From positions 62,001-126,000 of the forward strand of contig JAHLTZ010000039.1 in assembly GCA_025786725.1 (NCBI GenBank): a stretch of DNA of 64,000 bases, in the 5' to 3' direction. This DNA comes from Syncephalis fuscata S228 (lineage: Eukaryota > Fungi > Zoopagomycota). Of the stretch, positions 11,132-25,453 are shown one piece after another (the stretch's first letter is position 1; each line of letters opens with the position of its first letter). The position numbers and the translations under genes are program-made. A model generated the notes under the pieces. The model had not been told where the DNA came from. It saw only the letters and a list, made by a program, of their open reading frames with translations, and did not search any database.

Positions 11132-12792
11132 ATGAATTCGGGCGGAACAAGGACTGTACAGCGTGGTGATATTCCCGATGTACCAGGTACTCGTCTTGAT
11201 CCTGTCAATGAGCGTGAATTACGCTCTAGAGTAGCCACACTATTGCAATTGGGCCATGAACGGTAGGGGAAACGAATGCACAGCAGTAATATCCATGACT
11301 GATAGTGCTGTGTTCTTCTATACGCGCTATGGGATATAGCTTTCCAGGTAAGGAGTCGAGAGTATTGTCGAGTAGTGATATAACACGCGTTCCCGCATAC
11401 GCACACGCATACGCACCCCATCAGGCTCGCAGCCGGTTAGTTTTACGCTAGATAGTTTAGAAGAGCTTAAGAGGGAAAAGTAAGTACTAGCTGTAGACAA
11501 AGAGCGTATATTTATTACGACTGTAGCTATTTTGTTTGCGAGAAAACCGATGGACAACGCTGTCTTATGTTAATGTTATCGAATGGCCCCAATAAAGGCT
11601 ACACTTATTTAGTAAGATGGGCAACTACAGCACCCACTTGACTAATTGTAATGTAGATAGACCGTAAAAATACTTATCGTTATGTTAATAACATCCAGTT
11701 CCCAGCTCCTGGTGATGCTTCATTTTCGGTCATGCAACATGACACTCTTTTAGATGGCGAATTAGTTTTAGATGTTGAATCCAATGGACGGGTAATAGCA
11801 TAATACTGGGCATAGTTTTAAATAATAACCACCATTGTCTATACTGTAGTTTACTCTACGTTTTATGGCATTTGACTTATTAACTATTGGTGGCAAGAAT
11901 GTAACAGACAGACCATTTACTGTTCGGTTGGGCGTATGTGACTAATTACTATGCACTATAACATGATGACTAATTGGATGTATATTAGCATTTAAGAGAT
12001 CATGTCTTGAAACCGTATCATGCCATGTTACGGGTACGTCCACAACTCGCGTCTATTGCACCGTTCGAGTAAGTGGGATAAATATCTATATAACGTATAA
12101 GTTTATCTATTTCCGTCACATGATAGAGTCTTGGCCAAACGAATGCAACTTTCGTATGGATTAGAGCGAGTAATAAAAGAGGAAATACCTCGTCTTCATC
12201 ACAAATCCGATGGTCTTATATTTACTTCATCGGTGGCAGGCTATGTGCCAGGCACATGTAATAAAATGTAAGTTTATTGTGTATAAAGCATAGTGTATTG
12301 ATATTGGCATCACCATCTGTATTAGATTAAAATGGAAACCACCTAATGAGAACTCTATGGATTTACAAGTACATCTTGTCTCTCCAAGCGGTCCTGATGC
12401 TGCCAGTCAACCACCTACAGTTGAACTTTGGGTTTGGCAATCGGGTACTGTTCATTCATTCTATGCCACATTGGGCATTACCATTGAAGAATGGCAGCAA
12501 TACCGCGGCCAGATCAGAGAAGGACGTATTATGGAGGTAGTTTATGATCCACAACACGTCCCTCCCCACCAATGGAAGATGATGCGATTCCGAGACGACA
12601 AGACAACGGCCAACCATATCAGTGTAGTCGAGAAGATTATGAAAAGTATTGAGGATGGCGTGGAAGAGGATAAGGTGTGTAACTATACGCAAGTCATTGT
12701 TAACCATCAGCTATACTAATTATGGCAAATAGCTTATTGAAATGGCGCCAGAAATCCGTACAGCATGGAAGCAGCGAGAAGGTAGCGCTTAA
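11132..12792 (+). CDS. CEG1: mRNA capping enzyme, guanylyltransferase subunit
   Basis: FPGSQPVSF, active-site motif I YFVCEKTDG, HDTLLDGELV, AFDL, LHHKSDGLIFT, LKWKPPNENSMDL and OB-fold WKMMRFRDDKTTANHISVVEKIMKSIEDGV; about 7 short introns; stop at 12790-12792. Confidence 0.95.
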
Positions 12793-13162
12793 ATTTAGTA
12801 TGGTTTTTTATTTGTTTGTGCCTAAATTACGTCTATTAGACTGTAATACCATCCATATAGTATGCCATTCTTCTTATTTATCAATAGGATAGAATGATAT
12901 CATTACTACAACATATAATTAAATCAAACATTTATCTATATCTTATAAATTGTTTGACTAAATTACATTCGTATTTTATTGAGAAACCGTTAAACCGGTT
13001 ACATTGACACTTTTGATTCGCTGTCATTGTCAGTGCCCCTTTGTGTATTATTTCTCCACTTTCCATTAACTAATACCGTTCTTTTTCAACACTACAACGA
13101 CACTATATCAAATAACATATCCTATTAGTTTTACTAGAGAGAGAAAGAGAGCGAGAGTAATC

Positions 13163-16100
13163 ATGGACGGCAACACGACACCGCCCATCAACGAACTTGG
13201 TCATTTTTCAAACTTTTTGATATTTTGTATTATTACAGTAGTAATAGTCGTGCTTTATCTTTTCTTTTTCAATCGTCTTGTTGCATTCCTACTGTCGTAC
13301 TTTTTACGCTTATATATATGGCGTAAACATAGGGCCTACATAAGTATCGGTAAGTGTAGACACATTTAGCTATTCAGTAATGTATAAATGTGTTTTGAAT
13401 AGAATCGATACAGTTTGGTATATTAGCGGGACGTATTCTATTTAAGAACATCCACTATGTTGGTGAAAATATGTCACTGTCCATCCTCCAGGGGCATGTG
13501 ACATTTAGATATTGGTTAAAGGCTGTACGTGGTCATACTGCCACCACTAACATGGATCCGCCTACAAGCCAAGTTGGTATGTGATTTATTTGATGCAATT
13601 AGCGATGTTATTAATAGTATCGATTTAATAGATGAAGATTTGCCGTGTCGTATTATTTGCATCCTTGAGGGTGTAGAAGTATTTATATACAATAATACAG
13701 AAACGTATAGAGATGCCAAAAGGCAATTGGATCCTGAACAAGAGCCGGAAGAGCGAACATCCGAGAGAACACCTACTCAGTCGTCACGTAATCAATATTA
13801 TATGATGGTTATTCAATGTTTAATAGCTGCTTTAATTAGGTGAAACGGAGCTGGATAAGATTAGGAAATATCTTGATTCATCTATATTTTTGAAATTACT
13901 GCCAATACAGATTGATTGTCGGGTTGGCGCTATTGTTATTGGCAATTCACGTTTAGAAAGTTTGTTAACTATTGAATTTTCTGAAGGCGGTGGTGTTTAT
14001 ACGGCAACACGGGTAAATAGTCTATTAATTATCGAATAGTTTATATAACATATTACTATTATTACTGTTACTGTTATAGGCCAAATCACTACTTGATTAC
14101 TACCAAAGTCAATTGTTTATGAAATTAGGTCGAGTCCGTGTATCACTAAGAGAACATGCTGATTATGGCCAAATTGATAAAACATGGCGTAATTATACGA
14201 ATATGGCTAGACAAAAGTATTTGTAATTATCAACCACACACTTGATATTGATAGGCTATTTATTGTTTAGACGTGGATGGTTCCAACGTTGGTGTCTGTG
14301 CAACTCAATAGAGGCCACCGAAGAAGATACGTCAGAATATGAAATGACACCTAATCTTAAGCAATATCCTTTTTATGCGTATAATAGTGATAGCAATAGA
14401 TCAATTAGATTAGATTAGTTCTTGACTTTAGATTACCGCTGCCTATGATTCGTTAACTAATAAGGAAATGCAATACGCTGCAGTGGCAGATGTTCTAGAA
14501 TGCAGTCAATTAGATATTCTTTATTATTCCGATGTGGTTGGTAAATATGATGACTATTTGGCTATTTGAACGTTATAATATTTATACTCTATGGTATACT
14601 ATAGGAACGGTGCCACCATTGGACCAGCATTTATCGATAGAGAATGACAAGATTGGTAATGGAGATATAGCACCAGAATGGGGATTACAACTAGCAATAA
14701 CCAATAGTCTTATACAATATGGGCCATGGGCCGATAACCAAAGGTAGAATATAATAGATGTACGTTATAGTAGCCATTAATTATTAATTACCCATGAAGA
14801 GGACAACTACAAGACTTTTTCTATCCGGCCATCTACCGTAATCAACGCGTAACACCATTTCTACAGCATAATGATCCACGTATGCATACGGCATTTAATT
14901 TAAATATCCAATTTATGGGCGATACCAATTTCCGTATTCCAACTAGAGAGCCATCAAAGGTAAGTAATGTCTACCATCTAGTAAATATTGCTTTAATGGT
15001 GGCGGCTATAGGACTGGTTACATGTATCTGAGCCTCGTCAATCACCAACTCATCCGCGAGGTGCAGCAGCCGCACGACCCTATGGCTGGTTAGATCTACA
15101 AATGGCCCCTGATTCATCGTTATCGGTTGTGGTACCGTCCATTGTTGATGATATAGGCTATACAACAAAAGTAGAGTTGTATATGCGTAATGTAGATATT
15201 ACGACAAGTGTTGACTATGCTTCACTACTACTAGCCTCAGAGTGTCGAGTAAGTTTTTATTTATTTGTTATGATAGTTATAGTAATATATATATATATTA
15301 TACTTATGTTTTATGTCTATTAGTTTGTAGGCTATATGGAATCACCGCGTATATGGAATGCCAAACGACTATGGACTTATTCAGTATCGGTGAATAAGCC
15401 AGAAATATTTCTGTTACGTGACCATATCACTTTAGTGGTGGATTTAATCAATGACTGGACGGCAGGCCCTCCTGCTGATATGGCCCACTTTATACCGATG
15501 GCCTATGAGTATCACATTAGTTTAAGTGATTTGAAACTTCGTATGTGTGTCAATGAACACAATGTGATTAATCAAACCAATGATTTTGACGAGAATGGTA
15601 AGAGAAAATGTGTAACTTGCTAATAGAATGTTACTAATTTTAATGCTAGCATTTATTACACTTTCGACACCCATTTTTGCATTGGAGTTTAAAAGTCAAT
15701 TCTTTGATTATTTACCACAAGAAGTATCGATGCCATTTCAAATTAAGGTAGGATTAATATAACTATTATACTTTTATTAAATATTACTATTGAACACTAG
15801 GTGGCTGATGCTGGATTATCAATGGATTTGCCATCATTAGATACAAATGGTGCATTTTTAAGCGAAGAGGCTCGTCATTGCTTATCTGTGGGCATTCTAG
15901 AACTAGGTGGCTCATTTGAATATCATCCACAAGTTGATGTCGATCATGTAGATTGTTTAACATTACGTATTAAAGTAAGCTATTATTATTATTGTTATCC
16001 ATTATTACCCATTACTAATTAATTGTTAATTATTTAGGTGGATGATGTTACTGGTCGTTTATTTGGATTTATTATTCGATATATTATTATATTGGCTGAT

Positions 16101-19100
16101 AACTATTTTGGTGAATACGTTGATTTCACTACAACTGATGACTACCGTAATGGATTAAATGATACAACATCTCGACGACTACGAGTTCGACGTCGTCAAG
16201 CATCGAAGGTTAGTATTGTATGAATATTAGTCAGATTACTTATCTAATGATAACTATAAATAGCCGGCTTCTAATCAATTTGAAGTACATGTTATTGCCG
16301 TTATTACTCGAGGGTTTCTATTTCTACCCGAAACACTGTATAGTCTTGGAGAACGGCCATTACTTTTAGAATTTGATGAACTTCAAGTTGATAATCGTAA
16401 TGTTAGTTTTTATCAAGGTAAATATTCATATTACTATATGATATTTATATAATAATATGGTATTAGATTTGTTTATTTCATCAAGTCCTATCAAACTATC
16501 ACGTGGATCACCGGCCATGAGTGGTCGTCGTACACAAGCATCAGCTGCTCGTTCTATGTGGGAACGTACCGAGTGTATCTATCTAGATGGTAAGTACACA
16601 TGTTGTTGTCGTCGTTATTTTAGCGTTAATAAATGTAGAATTGAGTATTCATGGACATCGTCTATTTGGTCCAATGCCCAATACACTTACATATGTATGT
16701 CATTGGGAAATTGATCTTGGACAGTTATCGGGCCGAGTACGTCCAGCCTTGTTAGAAGCAGTTGTTTCGGCTGTTCAACGACTCGATTATCAAATGGATG
16801 ACTTTGAAAATGCACTACCTCATCAGCTTTCACCATCCGGCTATCCTGATGTTACCTTTCTACGAGTGGGTGTACGTCAAATTGATTTAACTATTTGGGG
16901 CAGTCAAGAAACGGCCACCCAACTGCTTATATCAGAAGGCATTCGAGTAGAATTCCAGAATCTTATTGGCGAGAAGTACAGTAAGAAGACGTTAGTGGCT
17001 GTACCACAAGTTATTCTACGTAGTTTAGCAGCCACTAAATCAAATGCCAATGATCCTGCGATAGTAAGTAGATGGTGATTTATTATTTTTGTTGTTATTG
17101 TCATTACAGTAGTGTTAATAAGTAACTGAATAGTTGCCGGCTGAAACGCTTATATGGACAGAAGTAGCTTATGTGGAGACATCAATTGATTTCACCGCCT
17201 ATACACATACATCAGATTGGTATGAAAAACGAGAACAACAACGCAACTTTATACACGATCAAGATAGAGAAACACGGAGATGCGCTTTTCTATATAGTTC
17301 TGATACTGATACTATACACGAAGGTAACTAAATACTGGATAATGGTATAGTAGAATAGAAGCGTGACTAATAGCCATGTATTTAGCACTGGGAGATGAAC
17401 TAACGCGACCTGATCACCAAGGTGCCTTGTATATTCCACCATTTCAACCATCATTTGCTGGTAATTATTTAATTGCTACTGGTTTAATATTTGTATATTG
17501 AATATGATATAATTATTAGATGATGACTCAACTGTATTGGCCATCCATCGACACTCTTTACAAAGCTATAGTACAGGTCAATATTCAGCCGGTTCTCAAA
17601 GCTTCCCGGTAGAACGTGATATTTCGGATCATGAACAAGATATATCAGGATCTGATAGCGATTCAGGCGTTGAGGAGGAGGAGGAGGGACGAGTAGATGA
17701 GCGCGGGGAACATTTAAATCTACTGACATCTCCTAGTCGGTAAGTAAATATAGAATAAATCATAATAGAAATAATATGGCTATTAATGTGTATTTATTGA
17801 TATCATAGATATTCGTTATCGAATCGATCTAAACTTAGTCGACGTAGTTCAGCCGTTGAATCATTTCGTACGGCATGGGAAAGTCGACATTCGCGATCCA
17901 CTTATGAAGGACGTGATGTCGACGATAATGATAGTGATATTGAAGATGAATTAAATGATGATGAAGCGCTACTTTATTCACCTGGTACGCTATATTGTTC
18001 AATAGTTATTTATACTAATATAAATATAATAGATGAGGATGTTTTATTAGATGCCCCTTCAAAGCCGCTATCTATTCCATATCATAAATATTTACGTCGA
18101 TTCCAAATAGAAAGATCTTGGCAGCCAGGCGGCAATGGTCATATTTACATTAAACCACCACTTACTCGTTTCAATCCCGAGGTAAATATATATATAGTAT
18201 ATAGTATACTATATTTACGGTATTTAATTAGATGGATCAAGAAGAAACAATTACCGATGAATCATGGCGGCCACCTTTCTATGACATGTGGCGTGAATTT
18301 GTCCGTGATCATTATGACAGTACAACTATCAACTATTTTGAGGATGGAGAACATCGATCAGCCTTTGTTATTGATATGCAAAGATCAGTTGATTTATTAG
18401 TGACACCTGTATTTTTACGTATTGTGGGTGATTTATTAGAATCATTAGACAGTGAAGTAAGTATTTACACATATACACACACATATATATATATCAACAG
18501 TTGCTAATAAAATTTTTATAGGATCGATCACCGGATAAATTACTTGATTCACTTCATATCGGTTATATGTCGCGGTTCTTTACAGCCCATAATCCAACCC
18601 GTGTTACATCTACTTTATGGGCAGTGGCCGTCCGTGTATTCATTTAAATGCCATTCAAGATGTGGCATTGCCGGCCGACCTTACCTCTTATGATGGCTAT
18701 TCAAATCATCGTACACTATATGATCTATCGGGTACATTATTATGTGCAGCTGAAGTAATACTGGACGCGTTTACGCTTCGTTTAACCCAGCAAACTGTTG
18801 AAGCATCGAAGGATTTACCGCAATTAAAACTTAACGTATCACTGGGCAGCGTACGAAGTAATCTACGATTTGTTAGTAGTTCTGATTTCACCGGCATTAC
18901 AGGTATTCCAGGTGTGATGTGTTCAATTGAACCATCTACAACAGTGCAACAACAAGATAGTGGCCGTAATGAACCTGTGGTGGTTAGTTGTTCGGCCGAT
19001 GATATTAGTATACAATTAAGTGGTGGTGGCACGCTTGAAGATCGGCTTGTTTTGGATATGCAAAGTATATCGGCTACTTGTGTTCATCAAGCGATAGAGA

Positions 19101-22100
19101 TTGTTGCAGGTGCTGCTGTATCATGGCTATCGTTTGTTGATCAATTAGAGCGTATTTTAAAGCCATTTGCTGCAAGATGGTCAGCACGGGACCGGCTATT
19201 AGTGGCCGCATTGGCTGAATCGTCAGCAAAAGAAGTTATGCCTGGTGGTGATGCAGCATTCTTAACGCGTCCATCCATTGCTTGGCGTCTATCACCGCCA
19301 GCATTTCAAAATGATTCAGGCTGGTGGTTACTCGCTCGATTGCGTCATTGTGCCCATAGTTTATCAGCTATACAGATTAACAGAGTTAAACAGCGTATTC
19401 GCTCGTTGGATCTACAAGATCGTTTACGGTTTGAAGAGTTATACGAGGCTACACGTCGCCATCTAAGTACATGGATTCATTGGGACAACGAGCGAGATAG
19501 TCGGTGCTACTTACTCGACAAGTTGTTTGGACGACCCATAGTTACTGATGCTAGAACTTCTGTCAGTGCTTTGCCGGCTGGCTTAAGACAGCAAGGACTC
19601 GATTTAGACACACTACTGGATCGACTAGCTCGTGAAAAGGCCGGCATTTCTTATAGACTTGCGCGTATTCATGTATGTATTTACGAACCGAAAAGTGAGA
19701 ATAATATCGCCATTGGTCCAATTACTGCCAACTTTGAAAGCCGACGACGCGACAACCATGGCGACTATTCACGATGGACACCCGATGCTAAATTGTCAAT
19801 ACTAGCTCGATTCTCCGTATCGCAAATAGATATTGATATATCACCTAGTATGTTATCGCTGATTAAACATGCCCTTGAGGTACAGCGCAGCTTCTCTGCC
19901 TATCAACCATTAAATCATTTCATGTATGAACGGGATAGCCTGGCACAACAGCAGCAAAGAGTCAATAGGCCGTATTCAAATGACTTTACATCAAGATCAT
20001 CTACAGCACCTGTCACAACACCTACAAATAATGTTACTACAATGAAATGGATCGAACATCTACGCCGTAATATTACTGTTCAATGTTTTGTATCGTTACA
20101 ACTAATGACTATTACAGCTTCTGCACATAATCTATTATTACGTAGTCAATTATCGGCCCTTCATTTAACGATGTTATTAACGCCATTTAATACAACAAAC
20201 AGCAATACGCCATCATCGTCACCATCCACAGCGGTGAATATGGCTGTTATGTCTACTATTTCGGCCATGTTACGTCGATTTGATGTTGTTATTCAAGAGC
20301 TGCAAATTAAACCTCATTCATTAAGAATGAAACATCCACCAACTACATTGCTGGAAATTGAATTAAATCGACAAAGTATTAATGGATCTGCCGTGCTATT
20401 TGATCCATTAAAATCGATGACAACACTACCGGATCTACTGAATGTCATGGGTGGATTAGGTGGCATATCTATTCGTATACCACAAAGTTTATTAAAACTG
20501 TATCACTTTGTTGAAGAGTGGAAAACGGATAACTTGCCCACTTATGACTTTCTACTACATAGAATACGTAATGAGTGGAAACAAACGCGTAAACCGGCAA
20601 CACCTGTACCGATGCAAGTCATATCCACCACACCTACTGAATCAAAAGATTGGCTTCAACTATTAGCGAGTCGTTTAAGAGTTCATTTGCTTATTGACAC
20701 GTTAACACTACACGCTGATACACTGCCCTCATTAAGCGGTTGTTATATAGCCCGTCAATTAATGTTAACGATGCAACCGGGCCAGTCTCAAGTAGTCGAT
20801 ATTCAAGGACAAATACATGATCAGAAAGTGAAGTTTTCAACGCGTTCGACAAATACACCACAACTACTACCGTCTAATGATACGATTAGCCATGGTGTAT
20901 TTCCTATACCGGCTATTCGATTTGGTAGTCGATATAGATTTAAGCATAATCCCGCTTCTACTTCTACAAGTAATAACAATAGTAACAATAATAATAATCA
21001 ACGGGATGTTACATCGATGGCTAAATCACGACATAAACCAATACCGCCACCTATATCCACTACGCATAATACGACAACGACGAAAACGTATGCCGCCAAC
21101 ACGTCTAATGTCAATTTGTTAGATGTTGTGGTAACGGTTGATTTTGTTGATTTAGTACTTGATGCTGATCTAATGGACAAAGTAATCACCATTCAAGGTT
21201 TACTAGGCAATGAAGTAAACGATGCATTAGAAGTATTTGTGGCAGCCAAAAAACGCTATAGTACAAGTAATACGGCAATCATTAGTCAGGATACAAGTCC
21301 CGAGTCAAATCAAGGTGATATTAGCGATAAAACAACAAAAAATAGTGGACTGGGACTGTATTATTCCATTAGTGTGGCATTACTTAGTGCTCGCGTTACA
21401 GCAGTTAGTCCAGCAGCAGCCATGATTCTAGAATCAGATGTACTACGTGGCTATTTAACAAATCATATTGAAACAAAGCCGTTCTCTATCGATTCAGAGA
21501 TGTACTGGAAGGTAGTGGCTAAAGGATTGAATTTATCATTATGCCATGGTTCAGTAGTAATGGCCAGTACATGGTCACGCGATAAACAATGGCGTCACAA
21601 AAGACTGGCCTTTATTCTATTGGATTTTAAGTTGCAAAACTTTAGAGAACGGTCATCTATGAAGCGTAGTGATCATTTGCCAACAGATGCTTGTGCACGT
21701 CGTATTTACATTTGTATTGATCGGGCCCATGCAGTAATGCAACCGGTAGCACTGGGTAAACTGGTCGATTTTGCCATTTTTTATAGTCGTGAATTATCAC
21801 GTCGACGAGAAGCAAAAGCGGGTGAAATACAGCGATTAACGGATAATACACGTCGTATGTTGCGGTCGCTTGATGTTGAGCTGCCCAAATACAAAGAGAC
21901 AGGCCGTTCCCTGCTAGAGGATAAATCCATTTCTATTCAAGTAAGCCGACTCACCGTAGCTATGCCACTAGTACGTGACTGGGAAGGTGGCACTATGATG
22001 TCCATTACAAGTACAAGCAATAGTGGCGGAGACACAGAATCATCGAGTCATAGTCATCATGACCATTTACACGGTGTACCAGCCTTTCTTATATCTGCCA

Positions 22101-25100
22101 CGGCCATCGATTTATTAACACGTCGATGGGAGGCCAGTTGTGGTCTGCTAAACAACTTTTATATTCAATTTGTACCAAGATTTAATCAAAGTGTGGAGGA
22201 GCATTTTGATCCAGCATGGCACCCCCGCGTAAACCGTGTCTTATTACCGGCACTGCAATGTGAAGTACACGCAGCAGGTACACGCCAAATGAAGCAAGTC
22301 TGGTTTGATGCATGGGCCGATGGATTAGAGGTGGATATCGATTCACAAGTAGTCCATCATATTGGTACATTAAGTGCTATTTGGGAATATAGTCGGGACA
22401 GATTTGAATTCCTCACTATTGAAGCACTAGATACCAATACGGTAGATACTGATACAGCGACAGCACCGATCATTGATACGAATACGAATAATGATGCTGG
22501 TGAATCGATTCTACTCGCCATTGAGGCACGTCTCTCTATTGATAGTGGTACCTGTCGATTCCATCCCCATCTACCGCGCCTATTAAGACATACACCTAAT
22601 TCGGAGACTAACAACAATAAGCATAGTACAAGTAGTTATTACCCTTCAAAGCGTGTATCTGCGCGATTTGGTGGTAGAACGGCTCAATCATCCCATCCAC
22701 CATTAGGCGCATCAATATCTACATCAACACAGCAAGCAGCATCACAACAACAGCAATCACAACAGCCATTGGCAGAAACTAATCTACGTCGTAACTACGA
22801 CAACTGTTTAGTAGTGCCGGGTCTTAGTCTGCGTACAAGTGTTAAACTACCACTAGGTTCATCTCATAAAAATCTTGAAGCAGCGGCTGCTCAACGAGCC
22901 CATGTTGATGTACATATCCATGCTAGTGAAAATGTACTCTACCCAACACTAGTACCGTTTATTGATGAATTACTATCAGGTCTACAATCAAGTCTGGCTC
23001 AGTCATCGCCTCAAATGACTCCACGACCATTGATAATAGATAAAGGGCGTTTATTACGTGAAAAGGAAGCAGAAGCAGAAACATCAGCCATGGCTAATAC
23101 TACAGCTACAGCCGCAGCTATATCTATTCCCAATATGCCTATTTCGATCTATTACGACTATCACGTACTCAGGTAAAACTTAGTTGCGAACCCACCGCAC
23201 AAGTATCTGGCTTACTTGACTGGGCTGATGGCCGTCTACTAATTGCCTTGACACCTGGCCATGAAGATCGACGTCAATTAACGTTTAGTGGTCGTATTCT
23301 AGATTTATCTGTACGTGTTCAACATGCCTTTTCGCCTGAACACTGTTTATCAGCGGCGACTGGTGCTATTGTTTGCAGTGCATCGATGATTGTACAGCCA
23401 TCGCTATATGAACAAACCATACCGATATTAGTGTCATCGCCATCTATAAAAAATACTGGTCATCATGATAGTAATGACAATGCTGTTTCGTTGATACTTG
23501 ATATGCCGGGTATAACAAGTGATTTAAATATACGACATTTACAAGACTGGCTTACCTTTGAACGATGCTGGATAAGTAGATGGTCAACCACCAAGATGAA
23601 TAGTGACGTAGTAAAGAGCAATGAAGATATAACATCCAATACATCAATACCTGCATCGATACCACTTCATAAACTGACACGAAGTAATAATGCGATGTTA
23701 AAATCATCATCAACAACCAATACGAACACGACATCTGATACATCGACACTATTGGGCAATTCAACAATGCCATGGAGTATTTTTATTATATTTAATTTAC
23801 GTAACTTCTCACTTAATGCTGATCTTAGTCAAGCCATTGGTATAGCCACGGCTGAATTGACTAATATTTCACTTTCATCACGTACTATTCCCGGTCGTAT
23901 TTCTGCCTCATCATTACGTTTGGGTGCGGCTGGTCTACGTTCTGATGGAAGAATTCATAGTGATTTGGCGGTCAAAGAAATTAATATTAATTTGGCTTCA
24001 TTGCTATGTACGCTGCCCACCGGACCTGGTTCATCGTATCTATTAGCCTTACATCTTGACTTTGCCGGTCTTTCTGCCATGGTCGATTATGAGTATCAGC
24101 GTATTTTATTGGCCGAATTAGGAGCCATTCGTGCTCGTGCAGGTGACCGATGGATTAATTTCGGTTTAGATGATGCGCAAATTGAATTAAATTGCAACAT
24201 TGATCTTGGCCATGTAGAAGCGATTATTGCTACCAAGACGATACCGCTAATCATGCGCACCGCCGATAAGATTAGTGGTCTGGTTCAGGAAAAACAATCG
24301 ATTGTACGTACACTGTTTTTGGATTACGAGACAAGTGGTGATAATACTACTACAACGAATCGTTTATCGATTGCTATACCGGCACCGATACCGCCCACAC
24401 GTACTCGATCGTCTACATCAATGTCACAGCTAGTGAATGATGCATTTGTCACTACAGATCTACAACCTAAACTCGCTCTTAATATTAATATAGGGGCGGT
24501 TAAAGCTGCTGTCTATCCTTACTATCTTAGCGATAGCGATTGTGCGCGAGCCATTCTTCAAACGTTTAATCTATCACTTATCCGTGACGTACAATCAGCG
24601 AGTGATATTACAAAGCGTGACTTGCAACTCAAACTCGATATGCTATCACTTGTAAAGACACAGTGTCGCAAGATGGATGGCCGTGATGAACGCGATCTAC
24701 CAATGTCAGCATGGGTAACTCGAGTGCAAGAAGGCACTGCTCGTAACATTCTTTCTTTGCCCGCCGCTACACTAAGCACACAAGCTAGACGGGCCGCCGA
24801 TGGACTACATACTGATTTGACATTTACGACCGAATTTATTGGTCATGTAGACATTGCGTTGAATTTTGGTCTGATTAAGTACTTGCAAGAACTAGGTGCT
24901 CTTTACAAACGACAGATGGATCAACGCGATGCATCGGCCGATTATCCAAAAAAGTCGGTACCGTCAACACCTGCGGCTACGACGAGTGACGAATCCGATC
25001 CAATGGCCAAAGCAGCTACTGTATCAACTGCGGATACACTATCAACGGCCGATGAAGCGGCTAAAACTGCTACTACTGCTACTGCTACTGCTACTGCTAC

Positions 25101-25359
25101 TAATGATAATGGTGGTGGTGCTACGGCCAAGTATCCATTAGCTAATAAGATGATTTATACAGTTGTGGAGCCAGTACGATTTGATCCAAAATTACGTGTT
25201 ATGGGCGATGCAACACCGCCACTCGAGTGGATTGGCGTACAACGACAACGCTTACCAATCATTCTTAATGAAGAGTTGGCCGATCCTCTTGAAAAAGGTA
25301 TGCTTCAGCTACAAGAAGTATACAGCAATGCTATTGCTCTACGAAAACATGGCATGTAG
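13163..25359 (+). CDS. CSF1: Csf1/BLTP1 (KIAA1109/Tweek) bridge-like lipid transfer protein
   Basis: N-terminal TM anchor (VVLYLFFFNRLVAFLLS), SIQFGILAGRILFKNIHY, LPCRIICILEGVEVFIYN, APEWGLQL..IQYGPWADNQR, FRIPTREPSKDW, RPYGWLDL, IFLLRDHITLVVDLINDW, HGHRLFGPMP..TYVCHWEID, and C-terminal FDPKLRVMGDATPPLEWIGVQRQRLP. Over 20 introns in the 5' half and one very long last exon, with two apparent -1 frameshifts (~18632, ~23152). Confidence 0.93.
25067..25100 (+). repeat. (ACTGCT)n coding microsatellite giving a Thr-Ala tract in Csf1
   Basis: ACTGCTACTACTGCTACTGCTACTGCTACTGCTAC in frame. Confidence 0.8.
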
Positions 25360-25453
25360 ATTGAATAATAACAGTATTTTGCTTTTATTGTTTATGTTAC
25401 TAAATACAACGATATTGGGTGATTTATGATAGTGAATAATTTTACTTTAATAA

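Noticed and set aside
18617-25359. Two separate large genes (1519 aa and 703 aa)
   Set aside because: Both continue Csf1; the frames join across single-base deletions.
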